A stretch of DNA of 45,985 bases from a virus. The notes beneath the pieces are model-generated. The model did not search any database, was not told the origin of the DNA, and worked only from the letters and a program-made list of their open reading frames with translations. A program made the translations under genes and the position numbers. Location of the stretch: UHGV virus genome UHGV-0017783. One strand, written 5' to 3'. This document shows positions 1 to 8,190 of this stretch, one piece after another. The first letter of the stretch is position 1; each line of letters begins with the position of its first letter.

Positions 1-13
1 CGGGGCTTTTTCA

Positions 14-352
14 TCACTTAAACTTTATCCAGCCAAACATCCTGACACCAAACCACATAACGCCAGCCCTCAGCGATGAAACACCACTATCCTTCAATGC
101 CTGCCTGAAGCAATCATCAGCAAAATGCCTGTCTGAGTGGGTGGCGTACAGATAATCATGAACGGCTGCTGCTTTCTGCCCCACGTCACCAATAAAAGCG
201 AACAGGTAGGGAAGTCGCGGAACGCTGGCAAAATCAGTGCGAAATCCCGCTGGAACTTTTATTTCCTGATGTCTGAACTCATAGACCAGCGGCTCAATCA
301 GTGTCCATGTTGAGTTTTTGTTCATCTTGACGATAAGGTCGGATTTGAACAT
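14..352 (-). CDS. DUF1353-like phage protein located distal to the lysis cassette
   Basis: 112-aa ORF, last gene before the junction terminator; resemblance to the DUF1353 family often found next to phage lysis genes. Confidence 0.45.
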   Translation of the reverse strand: MFKSDLIVKMNKNSTWTLIEPLVYEFRHQEIKVPAGFRTDFASVPRLPYLFAFIGDVGQKAAAVHDYLYATHSDRHFADDCFRQALKDSGVSSLRAGVMWFGVRMFGWIKFK

Positions 353-838
353 TTATTTTTGTCTCCTTGTTAATGATTCATATTGCTTCTGGCACACTAG
401 TCCCGTTTCTCTTGCTCTGTCAGCGTAATCTGCCAGTTGCCGATTTCTTTCGACAGATTTGCCGAGCACGTCGGCAAGCAAAATTCCGGTTTCTGCGGCT
501 GGATTGCCAATGGACTCAGTGGTGGAATATCCGACGAGCCGCTTGCGGATGTTTGCGATTTGTTGCTGCAACCTGCCAGACTTAGCAGCAGCATTGACAG
601 CATCATTGCGCGCAGCGTCAATCCTTTGCCGTGCGTCGGCCTGAATCTTTTGCAGTTCTGCATTGCGTCGTTGCTCCTCTTTTTCGTCTGCGGCCTTCTG
701 TTCTGCGACTGCTTTTGCATATCCAGCGGCATATTGCTGTTCGCCATAAATGGATACTTTATTTGCTGCCCACAGCGCACCGGCGGCAACAATTATAATA
801 ATTGCCAGCGGTCGCCAGTATTTAGCGAGAATCGACAT
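353..838 (-). CDS. Rz-like i-spanin (inner-membrane spanin); start probably internal Met (MSILAKYW..)
   Basis: N-terminal TM helix (LAIIIIVAAGALWAA), long Ala/Gln/Arg-rich coiled-coil periplasmic domain, position after endolysin, contains embedded lipoprotein ORF in +1 frame. Confidence 0.6.
   Translation of the reverse strand: MSILAKYWRPLAIIIIVAAGALWAANKVSIYGEQQYAAGYAKAVAEQKAADEKEEQRRNAELQKIQADARQRIDAARNDAVNAAAKSGRLQQQIANIRKRLVGYSTTESIGNPAAETGILLADVLGKSVERNRQLADYADRARETGLVCQKQYESLTRRQK
397..606 (-). CDS. Rz1-like o-spanin lipoprotein embedded within the Rz-like gene
   Basis: Internal start MMLSMLLLSLAGCS = lipoprotein signal peptide with lipobox LAGC, Pro-rich short mature part; embedded in alternate frame of i-spanin gene as in lambda Rz/Rz1. 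Confidence 0.55.
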   Translation of the reverse strand: MMLSMLLLSLAGCSNKSQTSASGSSDIPPLSPLAIQPQKPEFCLPTCSANLSKEIGNWQITLTEQEKRD

Positions 839-1028
839 CGTTGCGCAGCCTCTGAAATAACTGGTAGTTATCAAGAAATACGCGCATCAGTTCATATGAC
901 CATTGAATGCCGTATTTTTTCCTGATGCCAAGATAAAGCGTTCTGTACTCCCACATTCTCCACTGGTGACTTTTGATGCCATCTGGTATGAAGTCGGAGG
1001 CAAGCGCAATCCATGCATTATTTATCAT
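822..1028 (-). CDS. hypothetical protein (68 aa)
   Basis: ORF between putative holin and spanin genes; no recognisable motif. Confidence 0.25.
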   Translation of the reverse strand: MINNAWIALASDFIPDGIKSHQWRMWEYRTLYLGIRKKYGIQWSYELMRVFLDNYQLFQRLRNDVDSR

Positions 1029-1248
1029 TGCGCAGCCTCCGGTTTTCCTTCCTCATGCCGTGCATCTTGCCGAGGATACCAACCAGCATGATTGAATAAC
1101 TCACACCTTTGACCACGATTGGCGGTAGTGCCGCTTTCAGGTCATCAGGCATCATTACCCATACATGCATCATTGCATCAGGCCACAGCTGCAACAGCGA
1201 GCAGAATGAAATCCACGCGCCAAGCAGCCAGTTACTTAGCTTTTTCAT
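1018..1248 (-). CDS. small two-TM membrane protein, putative holin
   Basis: 76 aa, two hydrophobic helices (LLGAWISFCSLLQLW; VSYSIMLVGILG) and highly charged C-terminus (RKENRRLRNDK), immediately downstream of endolysin with overlapping stop/start. Confidence 0.4.
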   Translation of the reverse strand: MKKLSNWLLGAWISFCSLLQLWPDAMMHVWVMMPDDLKAALPPIVVKGVSYSIMLVGILGKMHGMRKENRRLRNDK

Positions 1249-1709
1249 GTCACAACTCCGCCAGCGGCCTTGTATACCTGAATCAGCTTTTCCAGTTTCT
1301 GCTCATGCTGACCATAGCCAGCTCCCGGCAACGAAGCCCAGCGTGAACGGCATTTATGGATGGCATCAGCAATGCTACCAGCTTCAATATCTGCGGTTGC
1401 TTTGCATTCACGGATTAGCTGCATTGCAATAGCGTCCTGTGATGCCGGTGAGAAGTCAGGCAGGCGCAGTTGCTTTTTGTATGCGTCATAAAACTTAGCC
1501 AGCACCTGATAGCGCCCGGCAGCAGTGGATTTGATGCCCAGCTTTGGCAGGCTAATCAGCTTGCGTGGATGGTCTGAATAGTCAGTAAACAGTGAGCCAC
1601 CAACAATCACATCATAACCATGATTATTGGTTTTCTGTCGCCCGTTATCAGTGCCCTCGCTGTACGCCAGCATATCAAGAAATGCCTTCATGTTTTTGCT
1701 AATAGCCAT
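1245..1709 (-). CDS. endolysin, lambda R-like lytic transglycosylase
   Basis: Strong similarity to phage lambda R (..KAFLDMLAYSEGTDNGRQKT.NHGYDVIVGG.LFTDYSDHPRKL...AGRYQ...WASLPGAGYGQ.E); true start at internal MAISKN (ORF-track start is upstream in frame). Confidence 0.85.
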   Translation of the reverse strand: MAISKNMKAFLDMLAYSEGTDNGRQKTNNHGYDVIVGGSLFTDYSDHPRKLISLPKLGIKSTAAGRYQVLAKFYDAYKKQLRLPDFSPASQDAIAMQLIRECKATADIEAGSIADAIHKCRSRWASLPGAGYGQHEQKLEKLIQVYKAAGGVVT

Positions 1710-1977
1710 ACCAGTAGACCTCTTTTTCAGCTTTGCGTTTTGCTTTGTCACCAGTCTTCTCGCCCCACACGATGAAATACGCAACAGCACATGAGAAGCA
1801 ACGAAGATTGTGTTTCTTCAGAAGCGTTGATTTGCGGAACGCGTCAATGCCAATGTAGGTAGCGAGGCTTGTCAGTGCATCAAACTGATTCTGAGTTGTC
1901 TCGGTGGTGATGTAAGGCGATATATCCACGGCATCGTTAATTCCAAGTATCTCCGCGCCGCGTTGCGATAGCTTCAT
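1699..1977 (-). CDS. hypothetical protein upstream of endolysin (possible holin/antiholin; weakly hydrophobic)
   Basis: 92-aa ORF whose stop overlaps the endolysin start; one weak hydrophobic segment (CFSCAVAYFIVW); first gene of the lysis transcription unit. Confidence 0.3.
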   Translation of the reverse strand: MKLSQRGAEILGINDAVDISPYITTETTQNQFDALTSLATYIGIDAFRKSTLLKKHNLRCFSCAVAYFIVWGEKTGDKAKRKAEKEVYWYGY

Positions 1978-2022
1978 TCTGCCTCCTGTTCAAATAATGA
2001 TTAATTCTATCACAACAGGTAT

Positions 2023-2054
2023 TGACGTAGATTGAGTGGTGGTGCATAGTATCT
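2023..2054 (+). promoter_or_regulatory. sigma70-like promoter of recurring phage type (TTGACGTAGATTG ... 17 nt ... -10)
   Basis: TTGACG at 2023-2028 followed by tagattg; -10-like CATAGT/TAGTAT 17-20 nt downstream; same 13-mer recurs at >=8 promoter positions. Confidence 0.5.
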
Positions 2055-2076
2055 ACATCAAATGATGAGTGAGGTG

Positions 2077-2235
2077 ATGAAGATGAATCCACGCAATGTT
2101 AACTTTAGTAACGAATGCGCATTTAATTCTCGTGAGTACCATTTCGCAAAGCGCCGCAACGAGGTCAAGCGCCTGATGGCTTGTGGATACACGAAGAAAC
2201 GTGCGCAACAATTAGCTAAGAAGAATGGATATTAA
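2077..2235 (+). CDS. hypothetical small basic protein (52 aa)
   Basis: ATG preceded by GAGG; first gene of plus-strand cassette between lysis and head genes. Confidence 0.35.
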   Translation: MKMNPRNVNFSNECAFNSREYHFAKRRNEVKRLMACGYTKKRAQQLAKKNGY

Positions 2236-2237
2236 TT

Positions 2238-2381
2238 ATGGTAATAGTTAAATTCAAAGAAAACGGACACTGCGGAGTGTTCAACCTTGAGCAAATCAAA
2301 ATTCGTCCGTGCGGTAAAGTAGTTGCACCATTTGGTTTGGTGCAGATGCGTGAATGCGAGATTATTGAATATATCAAGTGA
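2238..2381 (+). CDS. hypothetical protein (47 aa)
   Basis: tightly spaced after previous gene (3-nt gap), SD-like AATTATGG context. Confidence 0.3.
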   Translation: MVIVKFKENGHCGVFNLEQIKIRPCGKVVAPFGLVQMRECEIIEYIK

Positions 2382-2389
2382 GGTTGGTG

Positions 2390-2686
2390 ATGGAAGAGTT
2401 TAAAGGCACACAAGGAAAATGGGAAGTTGTTGCTGGTGAAGATAACGCGCCAGATGTTATCTCGGATATTGGTGTTGAGGTTGCATTCACGCCAACATAT
2501 AACGGCGATAAAACCGAACAGCGGCATAACGCAAAATTAATCGCAGCATCACCGGAACTACTCGCAGCACTCCAGCAGCTACTGGAAATCTACGACGACA
2601 ATTCCGGCAAAGTCTGGACAACATCAAGCAAGCGTCGCGCTCTGGATAATGCGCGTGCGGCGGTTAATAAGGCATTGGGAGAATAA
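2390..2686 (+). CDS. hypothetical protein, paralog of 35871..36179
   Basis: MEEFKGTQGKWEV..NAKLIAASPELLAALQQL..ARAAVNKALGE aligns with MKDEFKGTKGQWTN..NSNIITSAPELLEALRQL..ANKAIKKALGKK of the second copy. Confidence 0.5.
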   Translation: MEEFKGTQGKWEVVAGEDNAPDVISDIGVEVAFTPTYNGDKTEQRHNAKLIAASPELLAALQQLLEIYDDNSGKVWTTSSKRRALDNARAAVNKALGE

Positions 2687-2688
2687 TT

Positions 2689-2913
2689 ATGTGGCTTGTA
2701 TTTAATGTTGGTTGTATCGAATGTGGCGTTTCATCAAATGTTGTTGCAATTTATCCAACTGAACATGAGGCTAATGCAGTGGCAGAAAAACTAAATGATG
2801 TTCACTCATGGCGCGAAGGCGACCAAAACTCGTATGAGGTATTTAAGTTTGGTGAGCTGTACGAGGTTGAGGATGAATATAAAGAAATACTTTCTGATGG
2901 AGAAACAAAATGA
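2689..2913 (+). CDS. hypothetical acidic protein (74 aa)
   Basis: ORF with translational coupling to neighbours (stop/start overlap ATGA at 2910). Confidence 0.4.
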   Translation: MWLVFNVGCIECGVSSNVVAIYPTEHEANAVAEKLNDVHSWREGDQNSYEVFKFGELYEVEDEYKEILSDGETK

Positions 2914-3512
2914 AACTTATCGACCTGTTAGTTCAAGAATTACCTAAGCGTGGTGGGTGGCCTGAAGGTGCTGAAATTGCCGTACAGGATGCCGACTCTC
3001 AGATTTGCTTCAGCTCTCACGGTGATGTATATGCAGACAAAAGCCAAACCGATTGGTATGGTGGTGATTGGGGTGGCGGAGGCTGGAGTAATCCATTCAT
3101 TGACACTATTGCTGATGACAGGCATGAGTGTATCGTAACTCGCGACCAATACGAATCCGCGCTCGCCGCATCGCAAAAGCCAGCATGGAACGGTGAAGGC
3201 GTCCCGCCAGTTGGGTGCCAGTGTGAATGCCATGTCGATGAAGGAATAATTCATTGCGTTGTGGTTGGTTATGATTTTGATGGGAAAGCCGTTGTGATGC
3301 GAAATATTCCTGCACGCAAATACTTCTCCATTCAGGCTAACTCTGGGCGCATAAAACCACTGCGCACAGAAGCAGAGAGGAAGCGTGATGCAGCAATAGA
3401 GGCGATGCAGAGAGAAGCTGATGATGGTGATAACTGGATTTATAGCGAATACGAAATCATTTACGACGCCATCGCAGCAGGCAAGATTCCCGGTGTAAAA
3501 CTTGATGATTAA
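2910..3512 (+). CDS. hypothetical protein (200 aa) with Gly/Trp-rich and Cys-cluster motifs
   Basis: WYGGDWGGGGWSNPF and GCQCECH motifs; last gene of plus-strand cassette, followed by terminator. Confidence 0.45.
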   Translation: MKLIDLLVQELPKRGGWPEGAEIAVQDADSQICFSSHGDVYADKSQTDWYGGDWGGGGWSNPFIDTIADDRHECIVTRDQYESALAASQKPAWNGEGVPPVGCQCECHVDEGIIHCVVVGYDFDGKAVVMRNIPARKYFSIQANSGRIKPLRTEAERKRDAAIEAMQREADDGDNWIYSEYEIIYDAIAAGKIPGVKLDD

Positions 3513-3582
3513 AACAATATTCAGCATCGTAGAGATATTGTGCTATGCGATAATAATATTCGTTCTGTGTATGCTGATAAGA

Positions 3583-3618
3583 TAAAACAAAGCCCTCACT
3601 TAGAGGGCTTTTTGTTTG
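3583..3618. terminator. bidirectional rho-independent terminator
   Basis: hairpin aagccctcacttagagggctt flanked by A-run upstream and T-run downstream; overlaps stop of MuF-like gene. Confidence 0.6.
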
Positions 3619-4546
3619 CCGATTGCCACGCCTCACGCTGCTTATCAAGCCTTTCCTGTGATGACTCAAGAATGACTGGCTTGCCATCCATTAATAACGC
3701 TGGAGTTTGCGCACAGTGACAATTATATTTATTGCCATTCTCGCTGTAAAACGTATCAATCTCTTCCGGTGTATAGAACTTGCCATGCCGTGATGCATGC
3801 CAAGCCCTAGTTGATTTCATCAGCGCCGATTGCCACAGCATCACCGTCTCAACACCTAGCTCCTCTCGCGCCTCAATGACCTCTCGCCTGTTAGCCTGAC
3901 GCAGCGTTCCGGTTATTTCAGTCTGTGCCAGCTGCTTAGCGTAGCTATGTGACACGTCAACGCGCTTGACAATATCAGACTCAATATCACGAGGGTTAGC
4001 GCCACGGGCAATGCCTTCCATAATGACAGATGCCAGTTGCTGACGGGAATAATCACTCAATCCGCGCCAGTCTGAATATCCTGCTGTGTATGCCAGTTGA
4101 AGTCTGTTCAGATAAGGCTCACTGTAGAGTATCGTAGCAATCGGCCTTTGTTCTGCATAAACCGGAGACAGACTTGACAGTTCTGAGTTAGCCTTCTGCG
4201 TTCCAGCCTGATACGCATCACCAATGAACACGTTAGCCCACATCCTGCCGTGACCGAAATCATCACCTTCAAGCAGAATCTCGTCAATCAGCGCCTGCAA
4301 TTCATCCATGAATGTGGCGGCTCGCGCACTACTGAAATCGTAGAAATACAGGCCGTTTGATTCTGCGTTAGCCTGACTGCTCGGAATAGTGTGGAACAAC
4401 TCAAGCGCACGAGTCCTGAGTTGCTTGTATTTGCGAGTTATCACCTTATCCATCTTCGACAGGCGAGTCGCAGCACCCAGCGGGTCGGTCAGGCTCTGTG
4501 ATATGCGCGGTTGGGGAAGTCTTGCGTTAAACCGGAGTATCTTCAT
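3596..4546 (-). CDS. head morphogenesis protein (phage Mu F / SPP1 gp7-like minor head protein)
   Basis: 316-aa ORF immediately downstream of portal in late operon; composition and position typical of MuF-like family. Confidence 0.55.
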   Translation of the reverse strand: MKILRFNARLPQPRISQSLTDPLGAATRLSKMDKVITRKYKQLRTRALELFHTIPSSQANAESNGLYFYDFSSARAATFMDELQALIDEILLEGDDFGHGRMWANVFIGDAYQAGTQKANSELSSLSPVYAEQRPIATILYSEPYLNRLQLAYTAGYSDWRGLSDYSRQQLASVIMEGIARGANPRDIESDIVKRVDVSHSYAKQLAQTEITGTLRQANRREVIEAREELGVETVMLWQSALMKSTRAWHASRHGKFYTPEEIDTFYSENGNKYNCHCAQTPALLMDGKPVILESSQERLDKQREAWQSANKKPSK

Positions 4547-5448
4547 TTTCGTTTTCCACCATATTTTAAAACCAAATCAGCAGCCTCGTGGATTGATACA
4601 TTGAAGAACTCAGTTGCACCATCAAATCCTGTCAACCCTGCATTTTTATGTTTTATTTCTTTATGTATCATTGATTCAGCCCTTCTCGCGTCAGCCCATG
4701 ATGGGAATGAGTACTCAGCAACCACGACAACGGTTTTCCCTGCTGATTTTGATATGCTCTTCATTCTTCTTTTGGTGTTGTTGCTTATCCCGATCTTGCA
4801 CACCCCATCCATTTCAGCCACATATACACTTGCAGGTTTATACCCATAAGCTGTGCATTTATTACAACCAGATCCACTCAAGTGTGAGTTCGGCGTCTGG
4901 TAGAAATCACCATGCAGATGACATGTAATGCACACTTTTCTTGAGCTTTTCACGTAATTAACTTTCTCGTATGAGTATCTTCTCCCATGAATCGCTTTTG
5001 CTTTTGTTATGAAAGAGGCTTTATTGTCGCTAAATTTGTCTGATAGGTGCTCAAGTTTGCATGATGGGCAACCATTTCCTGATAGATGGTTGGCTGGCTG
5101 CTGTGAAAAGTCACCATGTTTTTGACATGTTATCAACACCTTCCTGTGATTTCCGGTATATACGCATTTGTCATATGAATATTTATCACCATGAATCATT
5201 TTAGCTTTGGAGATAAATTCATCATTTGATGCCATCAATTTTCTTGCTCTAACATCTCTAGCGCAAAGCTCGCAGCCGTAACCAACGAGATGGCATTCCG
5301 CTTTTTGAGTAAAGTCACCATGTTTTCTGCACGTTATTATTACTTGATTTTTCGTCCCGGAAAACACAGATTTATCATAAATGTACTTATCGCCATGCTT
5401 TTGCTTGGCGCGAGAAATGAAGTCTTCCGTGGTGAGTCTTTTTGCCAT
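4543..5448 (-). CDS. putative homing endonuclease: three tandem Zn-ribbon repeat modules + C-terminal T5orf172/GIY-YIG-like domain
   Basis: Three ~55-aa repeats (F I S/T K A K x x H G D K Y x Y D K ... K V x I T C x K H G D F x Q ... H L x G x G C P x C) followed by KIGISNNTKRRMKS...GFDGATEFF domain; inserted between portal and MuF genes; real start probably MAKRLTTEDF. Confidence 0.5.
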   Translation of the reverse strand: MAKRLTTEDFISRAKQKHGDKYIYDKSVFSGTKNQVIITCRKHGDFTQKAECHLVGYGCELCARDVRARKLMASNDEFISKAKMIHGDKYSYDKCVYTGNHRKVLITCQKHGDFSQQPANHLSGNGCPSCKLEHLSDKFSDNKASFITKAKAIHGRRYSYEKVNYVKSSRKVCITCHLHGDFYQTPNSHLSGSGCNKCTAYGYKPASVYVAEMDGVCKIGISNNTKRRMKSISKSAGKTVVVVAEYSFPSWADARRAESMIHKEIKHKNAGLTGFDGATEFFNVSIHEAADLVLKYGGKRK

Positions 5449-5542
5449 GATTAACCCCGTAGTAGGTTCGTAGATTGAGGATGCAGCAGGGTGTCTACGT
5501 TCACCTTTTCGTCTGGCCGGACTAGCTGCATTTGTTATTATA

Positions 5543-6967
<1,425 letters not shown>

Positions 6968-6973
6968 TCACCA

Positions 6974-7003
6974 ATAAAAAATCCCATCACGTTGGATGGG
7001 ATT
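6974..7003 (-). terminator. hairpin + T-run (minus strand) immediately upstream of portal RBS
   Basis: plus-strand aaaaa-atcccatcacgttggatgggat; on minus strand reads hairpin followed by TTTTTT. Confidence 0.45.
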
Positions 7004-7037
7004 ATAACACGAGCTTGCAGTGGCTATGGTTGATGGC

Positions 7038-7271
7038 TTATTCTCTCCGTGATGGCATTACAATCATCGGTTGCGTTTGTCTTTGCATGATAGATAATAG
7101 CTCACCCTTGTAATGTTCTGTAATTTCATTTTGCCCTTTCATGTAAATCAAGATGGCTTCCTGTTCGGTGACAATTCCTTGCTTAAACAAGGTTATTATT
7201 TTCCTTGCCATAGTATCGCAAAGAGACAATTCTTCAAGGTGTTGAATCGGCGTTTCGCAGTTATCCATCAC
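7038..7271 (-). CDS. hypothetical protein (77 aa)
   Basis: one of four short co-oriented ORFs between TerL and portal with own promoter. Confidence 0.35.
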   Translation of the reverse strand: MMDNCETPIQHLEELSLCDTMARKIITLFKQGIVTEQEAILIYMKGQNEITEHYKGELLSIMQRQTQPMIVMPSRRE

Positions 7272-7456
7272 TCCACCTTTTCCAGTTTATCAATAACAAT
7301 ATCGAACCCCTGGGATTGGAATCTGGCGGCATTCTCGTCCGCCATAAATACTTCGAAAGCATGAACTGCGTTTGACGCAGCTATCACCAGAGACATTTTT
7401 GCGGCAACTTCGCCACCACCAAGCACTTCAGCATGAATAAAATAAACGCTCATCAC
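7268..7456 (-). CDS. hypothetical protein (62 aa)
   Basis: overlapping stop/start with neighbours. Confidence 0.35.
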   Translation of the reverse strand: MMSVYFIHAEVLGGGEVAAKMSLVIAASNAVHAFEVFMADENAARFQSQGFDIVIDKLEKVE

Positions 7457-7638
7457 TCAATCTCCTCACCATTAACAAACTTCCGCAAAATATCAATCAA
7501 CTCCATCGCCTGACGTTTGCTTATATTAAGTTCATCAGCGTCACCCTGAATGAATTTAATATCATCATCATACCCAGCCATCTTATATGAGAAAATCTCA
7601 ATTTCCACATTGCCATTTGATTTTTCAATAATCATCAC
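7453..7638 (-). CDS. hypothetical acidic protein (61 aa)
   Basis: overlapping stop/start with neighbours. Confidence 0.35.
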   Translation of the reverse strand: MMIIEKSNGNVEIEIFSYKMAGYDDDIKFIQGDADELNISKRQAMELIDILRKFVNGEEIE

Positions 7639-7639
7639 A

Positions 7640-7846
7640 TCACCCTCTCAAAAAATCATTCTTGCAGCAGATACCCTTGTACCCACGCTTCTCTTGCAGG
7701 TTAACGAAGACATCATCAATGACGCGCAGCAGGAAGTCCTCGTCAATATCATACCGACGGCATATGACATCATCAGGCACACCAGCTCTCGCCAGTAAAT
7801 AAACCTGTTCTTTTTCCTCCTGTGTGAATCCTGCATAGCTGCGCAT
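7640..7846 (-). CDS. hypothetical protein (68 aa)
   Basis: first ORF downstream of minus-strand promoter at 7877-7905. Confidence 0.35.
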   Translation of the reverse strand: MRSYAGFTQEEKEQVYLLARAGVPDDVICRRYDIDEDFLLRVIDDVFVNLQEKRGYKGICCKNDFLRG

Positions 7847-7876
7847 AGTGATATCTCCGACAAACCTGATGTAGAT

Positions 7877-7905
7877 ATACTATGCGCTCGGTGTAGATTG
7901 GTCAA
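7877..7905 (-). promoter_or_regulatory. sigma70-like promoter (minus strand) TTGACC-17-TAGTAT
   Basis: reverse complement of ggtcaa (7900-7905) and atacta (7877-7882) with 17-nt spacer; contains GTAGATTG motif. Confidence 0.45.
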
Positions 7906-7943
7906 GTGTGGTGATGCGGATTTATCAACAACAATAATAAATG

Positions 7944-7972
7944 TTGACGTAGATATATTGGTGATGTAGATT
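7944..7972 (+). promoter_or_regulatory. sigma70-like promoter TTGACG-17-TAGATT
   Basis: TTGACG 7944-7949, TAGATT 7967-7972, 17-nt spacer; gtgatgtagattg element. Confidence 0.55.
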
Positions 7973-7998
7973 GAACTCATGAAACGGAAGGGGTGAAA

Positions 7999-8153
7999 AC
8001 ATGAAAGATGTTAAATTTAGCGCAAAGAAAAACAAATTTGGTCGCATCCTGTTTTATGTCATGGAAGACAACAAGCATCTTTATGAGTTCAACAAAATAG
8101 AGGATGCGGCGGAATGGATTGCTGAGCTTGGTCGCCGAGCATTGATTAAATGA
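7999..8153 (+). CDS. hypothetical protein (51 aa), single-gene plus-strand unit
   Basis: ATG with GGGGTGAAAAC SD, flanked by own promoter and terminator, opposite to surrounding genes. Confidence 0.4.
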
Positions 8154-8190
8154 AAGCAGCCCTCAGATGAGGGCTTTATTTTTATCTCCT
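8153..8190. terminator. bidirectional rho-independent terminator
   Basis: hairpin gccctcagatgagggc followed by tttattttt; A-rich upstream. Confidence 0.6.
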
